From a virus: a DNA stretch of 64,000 bases. Shown piece after piece: positions 1-9,536 of this stretch. The number at the start of each line of letters is the position of its first letter. The first letter of the stretch is position 1. The position numbers and the translations under genes were made by a program. The notes beneath the pieces are model-generated. The model was not told where the DNA came from and made no database searches. It saw only the letters and a program-made list of their open reading frames with translations. The DNA lies in the IMG/VR virus record IMGVR_UViG_3300045988_182866; one strand, written 5' to 3'.

Positions 1-288
1 TTAGCTGAGATCGGTCCGCATCGATATAGCTTTCCTACGGGAGAAGAAGGCGAGAAATCAATAATTATTAAATTTTATGATTCTGCCAACTATTTTTATG
101 GGCTTAAAATTAATTTAGATATTCTTTCTAAATCATTTTATAATTTAAAGTTTGAATTAGATGTACAGAAAGCAGTCTTTAATTCAGAACAATCTTCTGT
201 GATTTTTAAAATTAATAAATCACAAGCTCCTGGTGAAATTCCTAATGATTTAGATGCTCAAATTCCCATAGTCTCGATTCTTAATTGA
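1..288 (+). CDS. Partial CDS, the 3' end of a gene that begins upstream of the window; hypothetical protein.
   Basis: An open frame from position 1 reaches a TGA stop at 286-288. The composition looks protein-like. Confidence 0.35.
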   Translation, partial: LAEIGPHRYSFPTGEEGEKSIIIKFYDSANYFYGLKINLDILSKSFYNLKFELDVQKAVFNSEQSSVIFKINKSQAPGEIPNDLDAQIPIVSILN

Positions 289-304
289 GCTTTAAATATC
301 CTCA

Positions 305-3300
305 ATGAGTATCAGGCCTTTAAAGTCAAAGCCATTTAGTGAAATTAAAAATTTAGAATTATCTTATTTGGATAATTCTTTAGAGTTTCTTAATACCTCT
401 TACTCAACTTCTGAATCTTTTAATTTTAATCTTTATAATGCCCTTAAAAATATAAATGATCTTACGGTCAATAATTATTCTTATTTTTTCCTGGGTAAAA
501 AAGATTTATACACTAACTGGTTAAAGGCTAATATTAAAGAAAATGAAACAAATGGTTATATTACTCCTATTACTTTCATTTTAGAAGGTAAACCTGCTTT
601 TCTATACCTTAATCAACAAAATATTAGTCTTACACCGGACCATAAATTAACTTGGGATACCGATTTTACTCTTTATTCAGTTGAAACAGTTTTAGCCCAG
701 GGAATTGATCCTGCTATTCAACAAAATTATCTGTTTATTATTGAATATATTGAGGGGACTAATAAATGTTATATTAAACATATTAACGGTAAAACTGACT
801 ATTATCTCATTAACAGAAAATGGGACTATAGGCTAAACCAGTATACTGGGGGGCCTTGTGATGATCTTTGGTTCTCTTCTCAAAAAGATTTAGCCGAAGT
901 ATTCGGTCAGTTTAACTTTATTAAAACTGGAGATACTTTTCTTTTTTATCTTGCTTGTACTGATGATTATAAAGTACAAAGGCAAGACGGCACATATATG
1001 TGGGTTTCTGCCAAATATAATTTGGAATATGAAGCTTCGGAAAATAATTATAAGTTGAAAGTTCCTCAAACTTCTCCAGAAAACCTTCTTTATTATATTG
1101 ATCCACAATATATTGGTCAAATTGTCCAACTTGACAGCTATAATGGAAGATTAAGAAGTCTTGGTCCTGATTCTATGAACGATACTAAACTTACTTTGGT
1201 ATCTAATCCAGACCTTGCTCCATTGGTTAATTATAATGGAAAAAACTACAATGTAATTTCAACAATTACTGATAAATTTACTGATTTAACAGATTATATC
1301 AATACTTCCTGGATTTCTTATAAAGATAGGAACTTTGCTAATGTAAATGTAGAAAAATCTGCGTATAATTTAGAGAGCCAATGCCTTTTTCATCTTCAAT
1401 ATAACAATATTGATGATAAATTTTCCACAACACTCAATATTATTCCTTTAAAAAATCATCTTTCTCCTAAAAACTTCGCAATAAGAGGAGATTATCTTAA
1501 TACGGGAACAAATAATGATCCTAATGTAGATTTTCGCGAATATACATCATTAGAAACAGGTACAAATCAAGAATTTGGCAATTCTACTGTTACTTTAAAT
1601 TATATTTTCTATGATATTGAATATATTATCAATCCTGGGGAAGATTTAGCCTTTTCTATTGGTGCAAATGAAGATAATGATAGAGGAGTTGCTTTATATC
1701 CCTTCCAAAAACTTAATATCAATGATACCAAATTTGTTAAAAACGGATCTTTTGGCTCTACTAACCCATTTTTATCTGACAAAGTTAAAAAGTTACAAAC
1801 CAATTCTGTTTTTTCAAATAATGGAAGGTATCTTCATACATGGTTATACCAGTCTAAATCAAATCCATACGGTATTTGGCTAGACCGTTATTATTATCCT
1901 AATATTATCTCCAAGCAAGATGCTTTAAAGGGCAAAGTTAATTTTGATCCTGCCTCTTTTAATGACATTATTGACAAAGATTATATTCAATCTGATGAAT
2001 TATTCTATTCATATATTCAGGACGCACCTTACTTTGACAAGCAAAGCGACCTGATGTTTGAACAAAATGGACAATATGTCTATTCCAGGGTGGGAAAAGA
2101 TCAAGTTAATGCGATTATTTCTAATATTTCTGATGCCAAAGAATATGAATTATCTTCTTATTCCAGTAATGAAGAAGTAGTAACAATTAATAATCTCAAT
2201 ATTAAAAATTCTGGTATTTTGGACCTGAATTTTGATATATATCTTGATTCAGATAAAGTTTATGGGCTTGATTTATTTGCAAATTCTTCCACTAATGGAT
2301 TAAGCATCAGTAATCTTAATGATGTTACCCCATTTCTTTATACTTTTGACAATTACTATGATTCTAATAATAATTTGTCAAATGCTATTGTAACATTACA
2401 TAATACTAATTTTGATATTATTAAGCAACTTGATATTCAACATTTATACAAAAATAATGAGGAAATTTTAGGTTTAGCCCTTAATATTCCCTATGAAGAT
2501 TTTGCTATTATTGGTTCAGAATATGTCTATATTGTTTCTTATGACTTGATTCTCAAAGAACGAATTAAGCTTGTTAACGAGAATGAAGTTCTTAAAAAAG
2601 TTAATATTATTAATAATAAACTTTTTTATCTTATTGACAAGCAATATAAATTTAATCTTCCTGATAATCAAACAGATATTTTTAGGCATTTTTATGTTCT
2701 TGATCTTGATAGAACAACAGATGAAGTATCTGAATTAATGGCATATATTCCCGGAACTTCAAGATTAGTTTATAAAGTTACTGATTTAACTCAAAATAAA
2801 CTTTATCCGGTATATTATTCTTCATCAGCCGGTGAAAATGATAATAATATTGTTTTCGACCATATTGATTTAAACGGAAAACAGGTATATCGTACACAAA
2901 ATTCCGACATCGCTCCTTTACCAGAAGGATTATTAGAAAGTACATATGTTTATCTGTTAGATGATACAGGATTTAGTAAAGAGCAAAATTATTATTGTCC
3001 GGATTTAAGAGTAGCTGAATCTTTATTGACAGTTACTTCTCAGGGTGTTAATTCAATCTTTATTGATAAAGATGATACGGCATACGCTTTCCCGTATATT
3101 CAAGTTACTAAGCAAAATATAGAAGATGGCTTGTTTGGTATTCGAGAACGTGTGCCAGATGCTCTTTATCAGATTGAAAATATTGATTTAAATGATTATA
3201 AGCAAAGGGTTATTGATTTACCGGATGCTAATATCATCTTTACTTCTTACAATAGGATATTTGATATTTCAGTCAATGATTTAAATCAATTTGCCTGTTT

Positions 3301-4267
3301 AAAATACCAAAGCAACAAAACCAGTGATTCTAAAAAGTTGGAATTACAACTTTTTGACCGGGCAAAACGTCCGCAAAGATCTATAATTGTGGGCGATTTG
3401 TACGATAATGCTTTTGGATTAGATGCTCTCAAAATTTATAATAAAGGAAACCTTGAAAATGATTTTGTTCTTTTTACTTCAAAATATGATAAAGAATTTG
3501 AGGTTACTAATTATTATGTATTAATAGTTGACCAAAATTATCAGTCGTCTGAGCATCAATTAACTTTCGAAGTAAGCCCTGATTTAACTTCTTGTACAAA
3601 TTATTCTCAAATTATTACTACTCGGGATATTAATGTTCTTAATTTTTCATTAAACCTTCCCAAGAGTTCTTTAATAAATGATAAATTTGTTTATAGCTTT
3701 GCTTTAGATGAAATTATTGCAGGATGGTATAATTTCCGAGTTATTATTGATCTTAATAATGGAGTATTTGAAGTTTATGAAAATGAACAACTTCTTCCCA
3801 TTAAAAGAAAAATTACTATCAATCCTAATGTTTATAATTTAAAGAATGTTTTTAATTATCCATTTATTTTAGGAACGGCATCTTATAAAAATGCAGTAAC
3901 TTTAAATGACTTTTTAGGATTTAAAGATGAAAAGTCTTTTAATGCGGTTAATTTTAGAATTAAAAACTTTTTACTTTATTCTAAATTATTATCTGAAGAT
4001 GAAAGACAAGCCCTTCTTTTATCTTTTTCTGATTTAGAGCCTCTAACTATTACTTTACCAGGCGGACAACGTAATAATTTTGAAGAAATTATTCGTTATT
4101 TCAAATATAATCCGCCTGCTAATATGTCCAATACCATAAGAATTAATATTAAAAATTCCGGTATTACTAAATTAAGTGACCAGCAAAATCTTTCTTTGGA
4201 TATTCTTAGAAAGATCAATGAAGAACTTGCAGTTCCATTAAACATTAAAGAAATTAAATTTATCTAA
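305..4267 (+). CDS. Very large virion structural protein, putatively a tail fibre or receptor-binding protein (1320 aa).
   Basis: A 3.96-kb ORF heads a co-oriented operon of large genes linked by TAATG stop/start overlaps. The operon ends next to a gp12-like fibre gene. The product is rich in N, S and T, as fibre proteins are. Confidence 0.6.
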   Translation: MSIRPLKSKPFSEIKNLELSYLDNSLEFLNTSYSTSESFNFNLYNALKNINDLTVNNYSYFFLGKKDLYTNWLKANIKENETNGYITPITFILEGKPAFLYLNQQNISLTPDHKLTWDTDFTLYSVETVLAQGIDPAIQQNYLFIIEYIEGTNKCYIKHINGKTDYYLINRKWDYRLNQYTGGPCDDLWFSSQKDLAEVFGQFNFIKTGDTFLFYLACTDDYKVQRQDGTYMWVSAKYNLEYEASENNYKLKVPQTSPENLLYYIDPQYIGQIVQLDSYNGRLRSLGPDSMNDTKLTLVSNPDLAPLVNYNGKNYNVISTITDKFTDLTDYINTSWISYKDRNFANVNVEKSAYNLESQCLFHLQYNNIDDKFSTTLNIIPLKNHLSPKNFAIRGDYLNTGTNNDPNVDFREYTSLETGTNQEFGNSTVTLNYIFYDIEYIINPGEDLAFSIGANEDNDRGVALYPFQKLNINDTKFVKNGSFGSTNPFLSDKVKKLQTNSVFSNNGRYLHTWLYQSKSNPYGIWLDRYYYPNIISKQDALKGKVNFDPASFNDIIDKDYIQSDELFYSYIQDAPYFDKQSDLMFEQNGQYVYSRVGKDQVNAIISNISDAKEYELSSYSSNEEVVTINNLNIKNSGILDLNFDIYLDSDKVYGLDLFANSSTNGLSISNLNDVTPFLYTFDNYYDSNNNLSNAIVTLHNTNFDIIKQLDIQHLYKNNEEILGLALNIPYEDFAIIGSEYVYIVSYDLILKERIKLVNENEVLKKVNIINNKLFYLIDKQYKFNLPDNQTDIFRHFYVLDLDRTTDEVSELMAYIPGTSRLVYKVTDLTQNKLYPVYYSSSAGENDNNIVFDHIDLNGKQVYRTQNSDIAPLPEGLLESTYVYLLDDTGFSKEQNYYCPDLRVAESLLTVTSQGVNSIFIDKDDTAYAFPYIQVTKQNIEDGLFGIRERVPDALYQIENIDLNDYKQRVIDLPDANIIFTSYNRIFDISVNDLNQFACLKYQSNKTSDSKKLELQLFDRAKRPQRSIIVGDLYDNAFGLDALKIYNKGNLENDFVLFTSKYDKEFEVTNYYVLIVDQNYQSSEHQLTFEVSPDLTSCTNYSQIITTRDINVLNFSLNLPKSSLINDKFVYSFALDEIIAGWYNFRVIIDLNNGVFEVYENEQLLPIKRKITINPNVYNLKNVFNYPFILGTASYKNAVTLNDFLGFKDEKSFNAVNFRIKNFLLYSKLLSEDERQALLLSFSDLEPLTITLPGGQRNNFEEIIRYFKYNPPANMSNTIRINIKNSGITKLSDQQNLSLDILRKINEELAVPLNIKEIKFI

Positions 4268-6681
4268 TGACTAAAAAATATTATTCTACTAATGAATATT
4301 TTCTAATTGATCCGATTACAAAAGAACAAATACCTTATGAAGGCTATGTTCTTGTAGAAAATAATATTCCTTATACATTCGATGATAAAAAAGAACTAGT
4401 CATAGGTAATAATTATACAACAAAGATTAATTTATCTAATGATTTCTTTGATAGATTGTTAGATGTTGATCTTAAATTGCCTTATAATTTAGCTGATTGT
4501 ACTTTTGCAGCTAACGATTTCCTTAAAGCATCTGTTATTAATAAAATTATTAATAATTTAGAAGCAAATAACACCTATATCTTTAAAAATTGTCTTATTG
4601 CTCAAAATGACTTGCCTTTAAGCGAAAAAATCCCAGTTTTATCTCCCCATAGACCATTTGCTTCTGAAGATAAAACTGAATTTGGCCCGGTAGACGGATG
4701 GTTTTATTCCAACATATCTTATAGTACTCCCCAAAATATTTGGAATAAATTAGATTGGCCTGATACTGTTGAGGGTTATAATTGGGGAACTGAAGATATT
4801 ATTGATAGTATTGTTGTTCCAACTAATAAATTTACTGATAAGAAAGATGCCGATGGAAACCCAATGAAACTATATGCTGTTTTTATTGGAAGATCTACTT
4901 CTATTCAGCTGATGAACCTTTACTTATTTCCTTATGATGAATTACAGCAAAGTTCAGATCCTTTATTAAATGAAGGAGACCATGCTGAAGAATTAAATCA
5001 ACGAATGTTTGAAGAAATCTCTTCAATTAATAATCAAAATATTAGTGGTTCTAATGTCAATAATTTGAATATCTTTACATTTTCTAAAATTGATCCAAAT
5101 AACATTGACTCAGCTTCATTTAAAAATATTTCTGGAATAGCTTTAGATGGAAATTACTTGTATGTAATTGATAATCAGTTAAATGGTCTTTTTAAATATG
5201 ATATTTCCAAATGTTTATCTGATCGAGGAGCTGCAACAAATAGAATAATGCTTGTTGACCAAATTCAAGGTTTTGGAGATTTAAATCAGCCTTATCGATT
5301 TAATAATCCACAATCTATTGCGGCATTTGATAATACAATCACTGTCTTCGATAAAGGAAATAATGTAATCAAAGTTCTCGATAACTTCTTCAACCATAAA
5401 TTTACCATTCGTTCAGGCGGATTTATTCGTCAAAATACAAGAACAGTGTCAATTTGCCCTTATGAATTTATTCTTAATGAAGAAACTATAGAAAAAGGTT
5501 CAATTTGGGTAATTACTGAAGCTGCAGATAAAATTATTATTAATATTTTCTCTAATAAAGGAGAATACTTGGGTGATTATCAAGTTCTTTATCTTGAACT
5601 ACTTAAAACTTACTGGTATAATCCTGAAGATGGACAACCTTCTTCAGATGAGCCAATCTATAATCAAGAAATCGTTAAAAAAATTGATTTCTCATATAAT
5701 AATTCAAATTATTTCTATATTGTTACTAATAAACGAATTGTTAAATTTCAGCTGTCTAAATTAACTTATCCGATTGGAATTATTTCTTATTATTACCGTT
5801 CAATTACTCTCGACGATTTAGTTTGGGAAAATGTTTACATGCCCTGGGAAAATGTTCAAGACTTAGGGAATAATTTAATTCCTTGGGATTATGATCGTTC
5901 TACAGAATTATCCGCTTATCCTCAAAATGTTTGTTTTTCCATAACAGGAACTCCTGAATTAAATGAAGATGTTATTTTTAATATCATTGATAATAGAAGT
6001 TATTATGGACAAGGAAAGTTGCAAAGAGTAGATAATTACACAGATAATAAACTACTTTATTATGATAAGAACAGGAACTATACCTATCTTAAAATAAATC
6101 CGGAGGGAGGGGCTAACCCACCAGTTTTAGTGAATACAGGTGATATTGTAGATGAATACCGTCCTTCTGCTCAAAATACCCCGGAAAAAGTTGAAGGTAA
6201 AACATTTGTTATTAAAGAAGAGGAAGTTATTTCTAAGCTCCATAAGAATGTTATCCTTTTCTTTAAAGAACCGAATATTTTAAAGTCTTCTTTATTAAAA
6301 TCTGATATTAACGTTTATTCTGAAGAAGAATTAAGCTTTAAAGATAATCAAGAATACTATAATGTCCTTACATTTAATAAAATTCTTTATAAACTTTTCT
6401 TTAACTTATCAGAAATTAAGAAATATATCTTCGGAACATTTGTTGGAGGTTATAGTATTGACGGGTTGATGACTTATGACCATGTTAAGCCTGATTCATC
6501 TTTTCAGGAATTAGGTTCTGATAAAGAAAATTTCTTCATGGGAGAGAATGAGTTAACATCAATTATCCTTAATAGATGCTTTACCTCAATCTATAATACT
6601 CAAGTAAATATCATCAAGAAAATGCAGACTAGTTTTATTAGTACGCTTAACTATAACATTAATTCTTACCGAATCATCTAA
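4267..6681 (+). CDS. Large virion structural protein, putatively tail fibre or baseplate (804 aa).
   Basis: TAATG overlaps with both the upstream and downstream genes suggest translational coupling. The ORF is long, with fibre-like composition. Confidence 0.6.
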   Translation: MTKKYYSTNEYFLIDPITKEQIPYEGYVLVENNIPYTFDDKKELVIGNNYTTKINLSNDFFDRLLDVDLKLPYNLADCTFAANDFLKASVINKIINNLEANNTYIFKNCLIAQNDLPLSEKIPVLSPHRPFASEDKTEFGPVDGWFYSNISYSTPQNIWNKLDWPDTVEGYNWGTEDIIDSIVVPTNKFTDKKDADGNPMKLYAVFIGRSTSIQLMNLYLFPYDELQQSSDPLLNEGDHAEELNQRMFEEISSINNQNISGSNVNNLNIFTFSKIDPNNIDSASFKNISGIALDGNYLYVIDNQLNGLFKYDISKCLSDRGAATNRIMLVDQIQGFGDLNQPYRFNNPQSIAAFDNTITVFDKGNNVIKVLDNFFNHKFTIRSGGFIRQNTRTVSICPYEFILNEETIEKGSIWVITEAADKIIINIFSNKGEYLGDYQVLYLELLKTYWYNPEDGQPSSDEPIYNQEIVKKIDFSYNNSNYFYIVTNKRIVKFQLSKLTYPIGIISYYYRSITLDDLVWENVYMPWENVQDLGNNLIPWDYDRSTELSAYPQNVCFSITGTPELNEDVIFNIIDNRSYYGQGKLQRVDNYTDNKLLYYDKNRNYTYLKINPEGGANPPVLVNTGDIVDEYRPSAQNTPEKVEGKTFVIKEEEVISKLHKNVILFFKEPNILKSSLLKSDINVYSEEELSFKDNQEYYNVLTFNKILYKLFFNLSEIKKYIFGTFVGGYSIDGLMTYDHVKPDSSFQELGSDKENFFMGENELTSIILNRCFTSIYNTQVNIIKKMQTSFISTLNYNINSYRII

Positions 6682-8321
6682 TGGCTCAACAATTTTCATC
6701 TCTTATTAAATTTCGTCGTGGTTTAAAAGAACAGCGATTAAAAACTTCTTTCCAAGAAGGCGAACCTGTTTATGAAACAGATACAAAACGTTTATTCATT
6801 GGAGTAGGAGATAATAATGAAGCTTCTGTTGGTCCTGAAACAGTCGGTGGTATTATTACATCTAATTTAACTTTTATTGGGCCTGCTTCCAGTGATCCTT
6901 CTCCTGATACTGAGCCGCGGTCTTATTCCGGAGACTTAATGTATGCCAATAATAAGCTTTGGAGAATGGGAGACTCTAATTGGGAAGATATTTCTCCTAA
7001 AGTAGATGGGATTACTTTAGCATATAATGCAAATAATGAACTTCAGGTTCTTTCCGGAGCATTTTCTGTTACTGCCGGGAATGGTATCTCTATTACCTCA
7101 GGAAATACTGTCAATATTAAGAATTCTCCTCAAAATATTCTTCAAATTGTTAATGGTGAATTAACAATTCCTCAAGGAAGTATAACCGCCGATTATTTTT
7201 CTACTGAAACTTTTAGTTCTGACTATTTCACAATTATTGGATCTCTTATCCAAATTAATTTAGATCCTAATTATTTTTCTACGACTGGAAATATTAAAAT
7301 TACTAAAGTTCCAGCCGGTGAAAAGAATGATACATTAACAACTGTTGATAATAAACAAGTCGGTACTGTAAATGCTGTCATTACCAATCGTTTAGGAGAA
7401 AGTTCCGGTGGTATTACTCTTGATTCTAATTTAAATCTTCAAATTGATCCTCAAGTAACAGTCATTAATGATGAAACTAATCAAATCACAGGGTTAAAAC
7501 CTGGTATTGGTGATGTTTTAGCAGTGAATGATTCCACCTCTAAAGCCTATAATGGATCTATCTCTGATTATTTTGATGAAGATATTAAATGGACTGGTCA
7601 TGAAAGAACTGAAATAAGTCTTTTTGAAGAAGACCGGTTAAATGCACCCAATCCGATGACCGTTTTTTCTGGCGGCATGATTTTAATGGATATGGGGACT
7701 ACAAAAACCGGAAAAGGATATAAGCGGTATGCCGTCCCGGTTTTTGAATTACCGGAACCACCTGAAATTTATCATATTGAATTGGGAAGTGACAATACTC
7801 CAGGAAGTATTATCGGTGATAACCTTGGAGGAATTCGAGTATGGACCATAGAATCAAATACCAAGCCCATAGAAAATATAGTAGCAGGCAGTAGTATTGA
7901 TTTACTGCATGGGACAAATAGGTTAGAATTAACTTCACCTATTTCTATTCCTCCAGATGGACAAGTTATTGCTAAAAATTATATTGGTACACTTAATTTA
8001 GCGGATTATACTGCCAATAATCCAATTATTCGCCAGGTAACTTATGAAGGCTCAGGAACTCCTGTCACCAGTATTTCAATTGATATATTCAATGTTAATT
8101 CTACTAAAGCCAATTTTACAAAGGTAGAATATGCTTTAGTTTCAGCTCCTGAAACAAATATTAATATTCCAACATTTGATGTACAAGAGAATTCAGAATA
8201 TCCTGGAATTAATAGTTTTGTTAATGTATCAACTTGGCCTTCCGGAGCTCCTAACTGGGAAGATATTTCTTCTGTTACTGTAACTTACAGTGGAACAGTT
8301 ATCAAATATACTATTCACTAA
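6681..8321 (+). CDS. Virion structural protein, putative tail-fibre subunit (546 aa).
   Basis: TAATG overlap continues the operon. The protein is G/S/T-rich and repetitive in a beta-strand-like way. Confidence 0.55.
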   Translation: MAQQFSSLIKFRRGLKEQRLKTSFQEGEPVYETDTKRLFIGVGDNNEASVGPETVGGIITSNLTFIGPASSDPSPDTEPRSYSGDLMYANNKLWRMGDSNWEDISPKVDGITLAYNANNELQVLSGAFSVTAGNGISITSGNTVNIKNSPQNILQIVNGELTIPQGSITADYFSTETFSSDYFTIIGSLIQINLDPNYFSTTGNIKITKVPAGEKNDTLTTVDNKQVGTVNAVITNRLGESSGGITLDSNLNLQIDPQVTVINDETNQITGLKPGIGDVLAVNDSTSKAYNGSISDYFDEDIKWTGHERTEISLFEEDRLNAPNPMTVFSGGMILMDMGTTKTGKGYKRYAVPVFELPEPPEIYHIELGSDNTPGSIIGDNLGGIRVWTIESNTKPIENIVAGSSIDLLHGTNRLELTSPISIPPDGQVIAKNYIGTLNLADYTANNPIIRQVTYEGSGTPVTSISIDIFNVNSTKANFTKVEYALVSAPETNINIPTFDVQENSEYPGINSFVNVSTWPSGAPNWEDISSVTVTYSGTVIKYTIH

Positions 8322-9181
8322 TGTATAATCCCTTAAAATTACAATCCCCGGTAATTTTACCTCCGGAATCGATAAGTCAAAATTGGATTTCTAAAGAAAA
8401 TTTTGACTTAAAGGAAAACCTTACATTTTCATTTAAACTTAAATCTAGTAATACTTCAGATAAAGAATTGGGATTTTCTATTTTTCTTGTTAATTCTTCT
8501 AATACCGAATCTTTTGGAGCCAGCACAATTAGGTCTGGCTTGACCGATTATTCTACAAAAGGAGAAATTGGAGAAGGATTTAATAAAAATAATGAAAAAT
8601 TGTCCTTAAGATATAATAATATTCAATATGATTTTCTTTTGGACCATGTTTATCCTTATTCAATAAATGATTTGGCTTCTAACCAAAAACCATTTAATAC
8701 AGAAGAATTTCAAAATAATAATATTTTTAGTATTTTATTTGATTCCACAAAAGAATTTTATAAAAACCAGCTTGATTTTTATAAAAATGTTTATTTTGAT
8801 GAAGTACAAGTTAAAGATATTGTTACGGACCAAATTGTAGATCCTTCTACTTATAATTGTCCTATCTTTATTCAAGCTCTGCAAGATTTATATGTAGCCG
8901 AGTTTAAAACAGATCAAAATTTTGATATACTAAATTTAAATTCTGTAACAATTCGATTTTCTTTTGAAAATTATGGTAAATTGTTCAGAATGGATGTTCT
9001 TGAAGCTAATAGTACAGAATATAAAAATGTATGTTTAAAATATTTTGACCTTAATATGAGGCAATATCGTAATCTTAAGCTCGGATATGGAATTGCCAGT
9101 CCAATAATGACTTATAATACTGAAAATATTGCTGATTTTACTATTGATACTTTCCATATTCAAGGTAAGTTGAGAGAGTGA
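8321..9181 (+). CDS. Hypothetical structural protein (286 aa), the last gene of the plus-strand fibre operon.
   Basis: ATG overlaps the upstream stop as TAATG. The gene ends at a TGA that sits immediately upstream of the left inverted repeat of the invertible cassette. Confidence 0.5.
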   Translation: MYNPLKLQSPVILPPESISQNWISKENFDLKENLTFSFKLKSSNTSDKELGFSIFLVNSSNTESFGASTIRSGLTDYSTKGEIGEGFNKNNEKLSLRYNNIQYDFLLDHVYPYSINDLASNQKPFNTEEFQNNNIFSILFDSTKEFYKNQLDFYKNVYFDEVQVKDIVTDQIVDPSTYNCPIFIQALQDLYVAEFKTDQNFDILNLNSVTIRFSFENYGKLFRMDVLEANSTEYKNVCLKYFDLNMRQYRNLKLGYGIASPIMTYNTENIADFTIDTFHIQGKLRE

Positions 9182-9419
9182 AGGTACTTATACTATTCCT
9201 GCTCACGCTCCTCTTGATATAGAGGATCCTCAGACTAACCCATACAATAGTAAACTTATAATTGATGGAATGTCAGGAACTTTCTTCTGTTCTATCTATC
9301 AAGCTAATCCTCAAGCAATCGGATGTTTTCAACTTGTTAATACTTTTAACGAAACAGGCCATAAAAGATATAACGAAGCATTACAGTATGCAACCTATAA
9401 ATTAAACTTTAGTGGCTAA
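9174..9419 (+). other. Start-less alternative tail-fibre C-terminal exon (Sv'-like, 57 unique codons after the shared IR), silent in the present orientation.
   Basis: An open frame runs from the stop at 9171-9173 to TAA at 9417-9419 with no upstream ATG. Its first 23 codons are homologous to an internal segment of the 9535..11718 fibre gene, and the sequence then diverges. Confidence 0.4.
9177..9245 (+). repeat. Left inverted repeat (IR-L, 69 bp) of the putative invertible tail-fibre cassette.
   Basis: The repeat is 88% identical to the reverse complement of 9820-9888. The plus-strand frame encodes SEGTYTIPAHAPLDIEDPQTNPY. Confidence 0.8.
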
Positions 9420-9502
9420 ATAAATCAAAGTAATATGACTCCATGAGAAACTAGATCTTATTGCATATCTCTTTCTTATTTGATTAAAATAACTTTAAAT
9501 TT

Positions 9503-9536
9503 AAAAAAGCGGTGAGAACGTTCTCACCGCTTTTTT
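9503..9536. terminator. Bidirectional rho-independent terminator lying between the two facing fibre-tip exons.
   Basis: A perfect stem GCGGTGAGAA/TTCTCACCGC has an A-run on its 5' side and a T-run on its 3' side. It directly follows the stop of the minus-strand fibre gene. Confidence 0.7.

Noticed and set aside
9160-9200. Programmed -1 frameshift joining gene 8321..9181 to the downstream start-less frame.
   Set aside because: There is no slippery heptamer such as A AAA AAG or T TTA AAC at the overlap. Homology to the convergent fibre gene begins exactly at the stop, which favours a recombination cassette.
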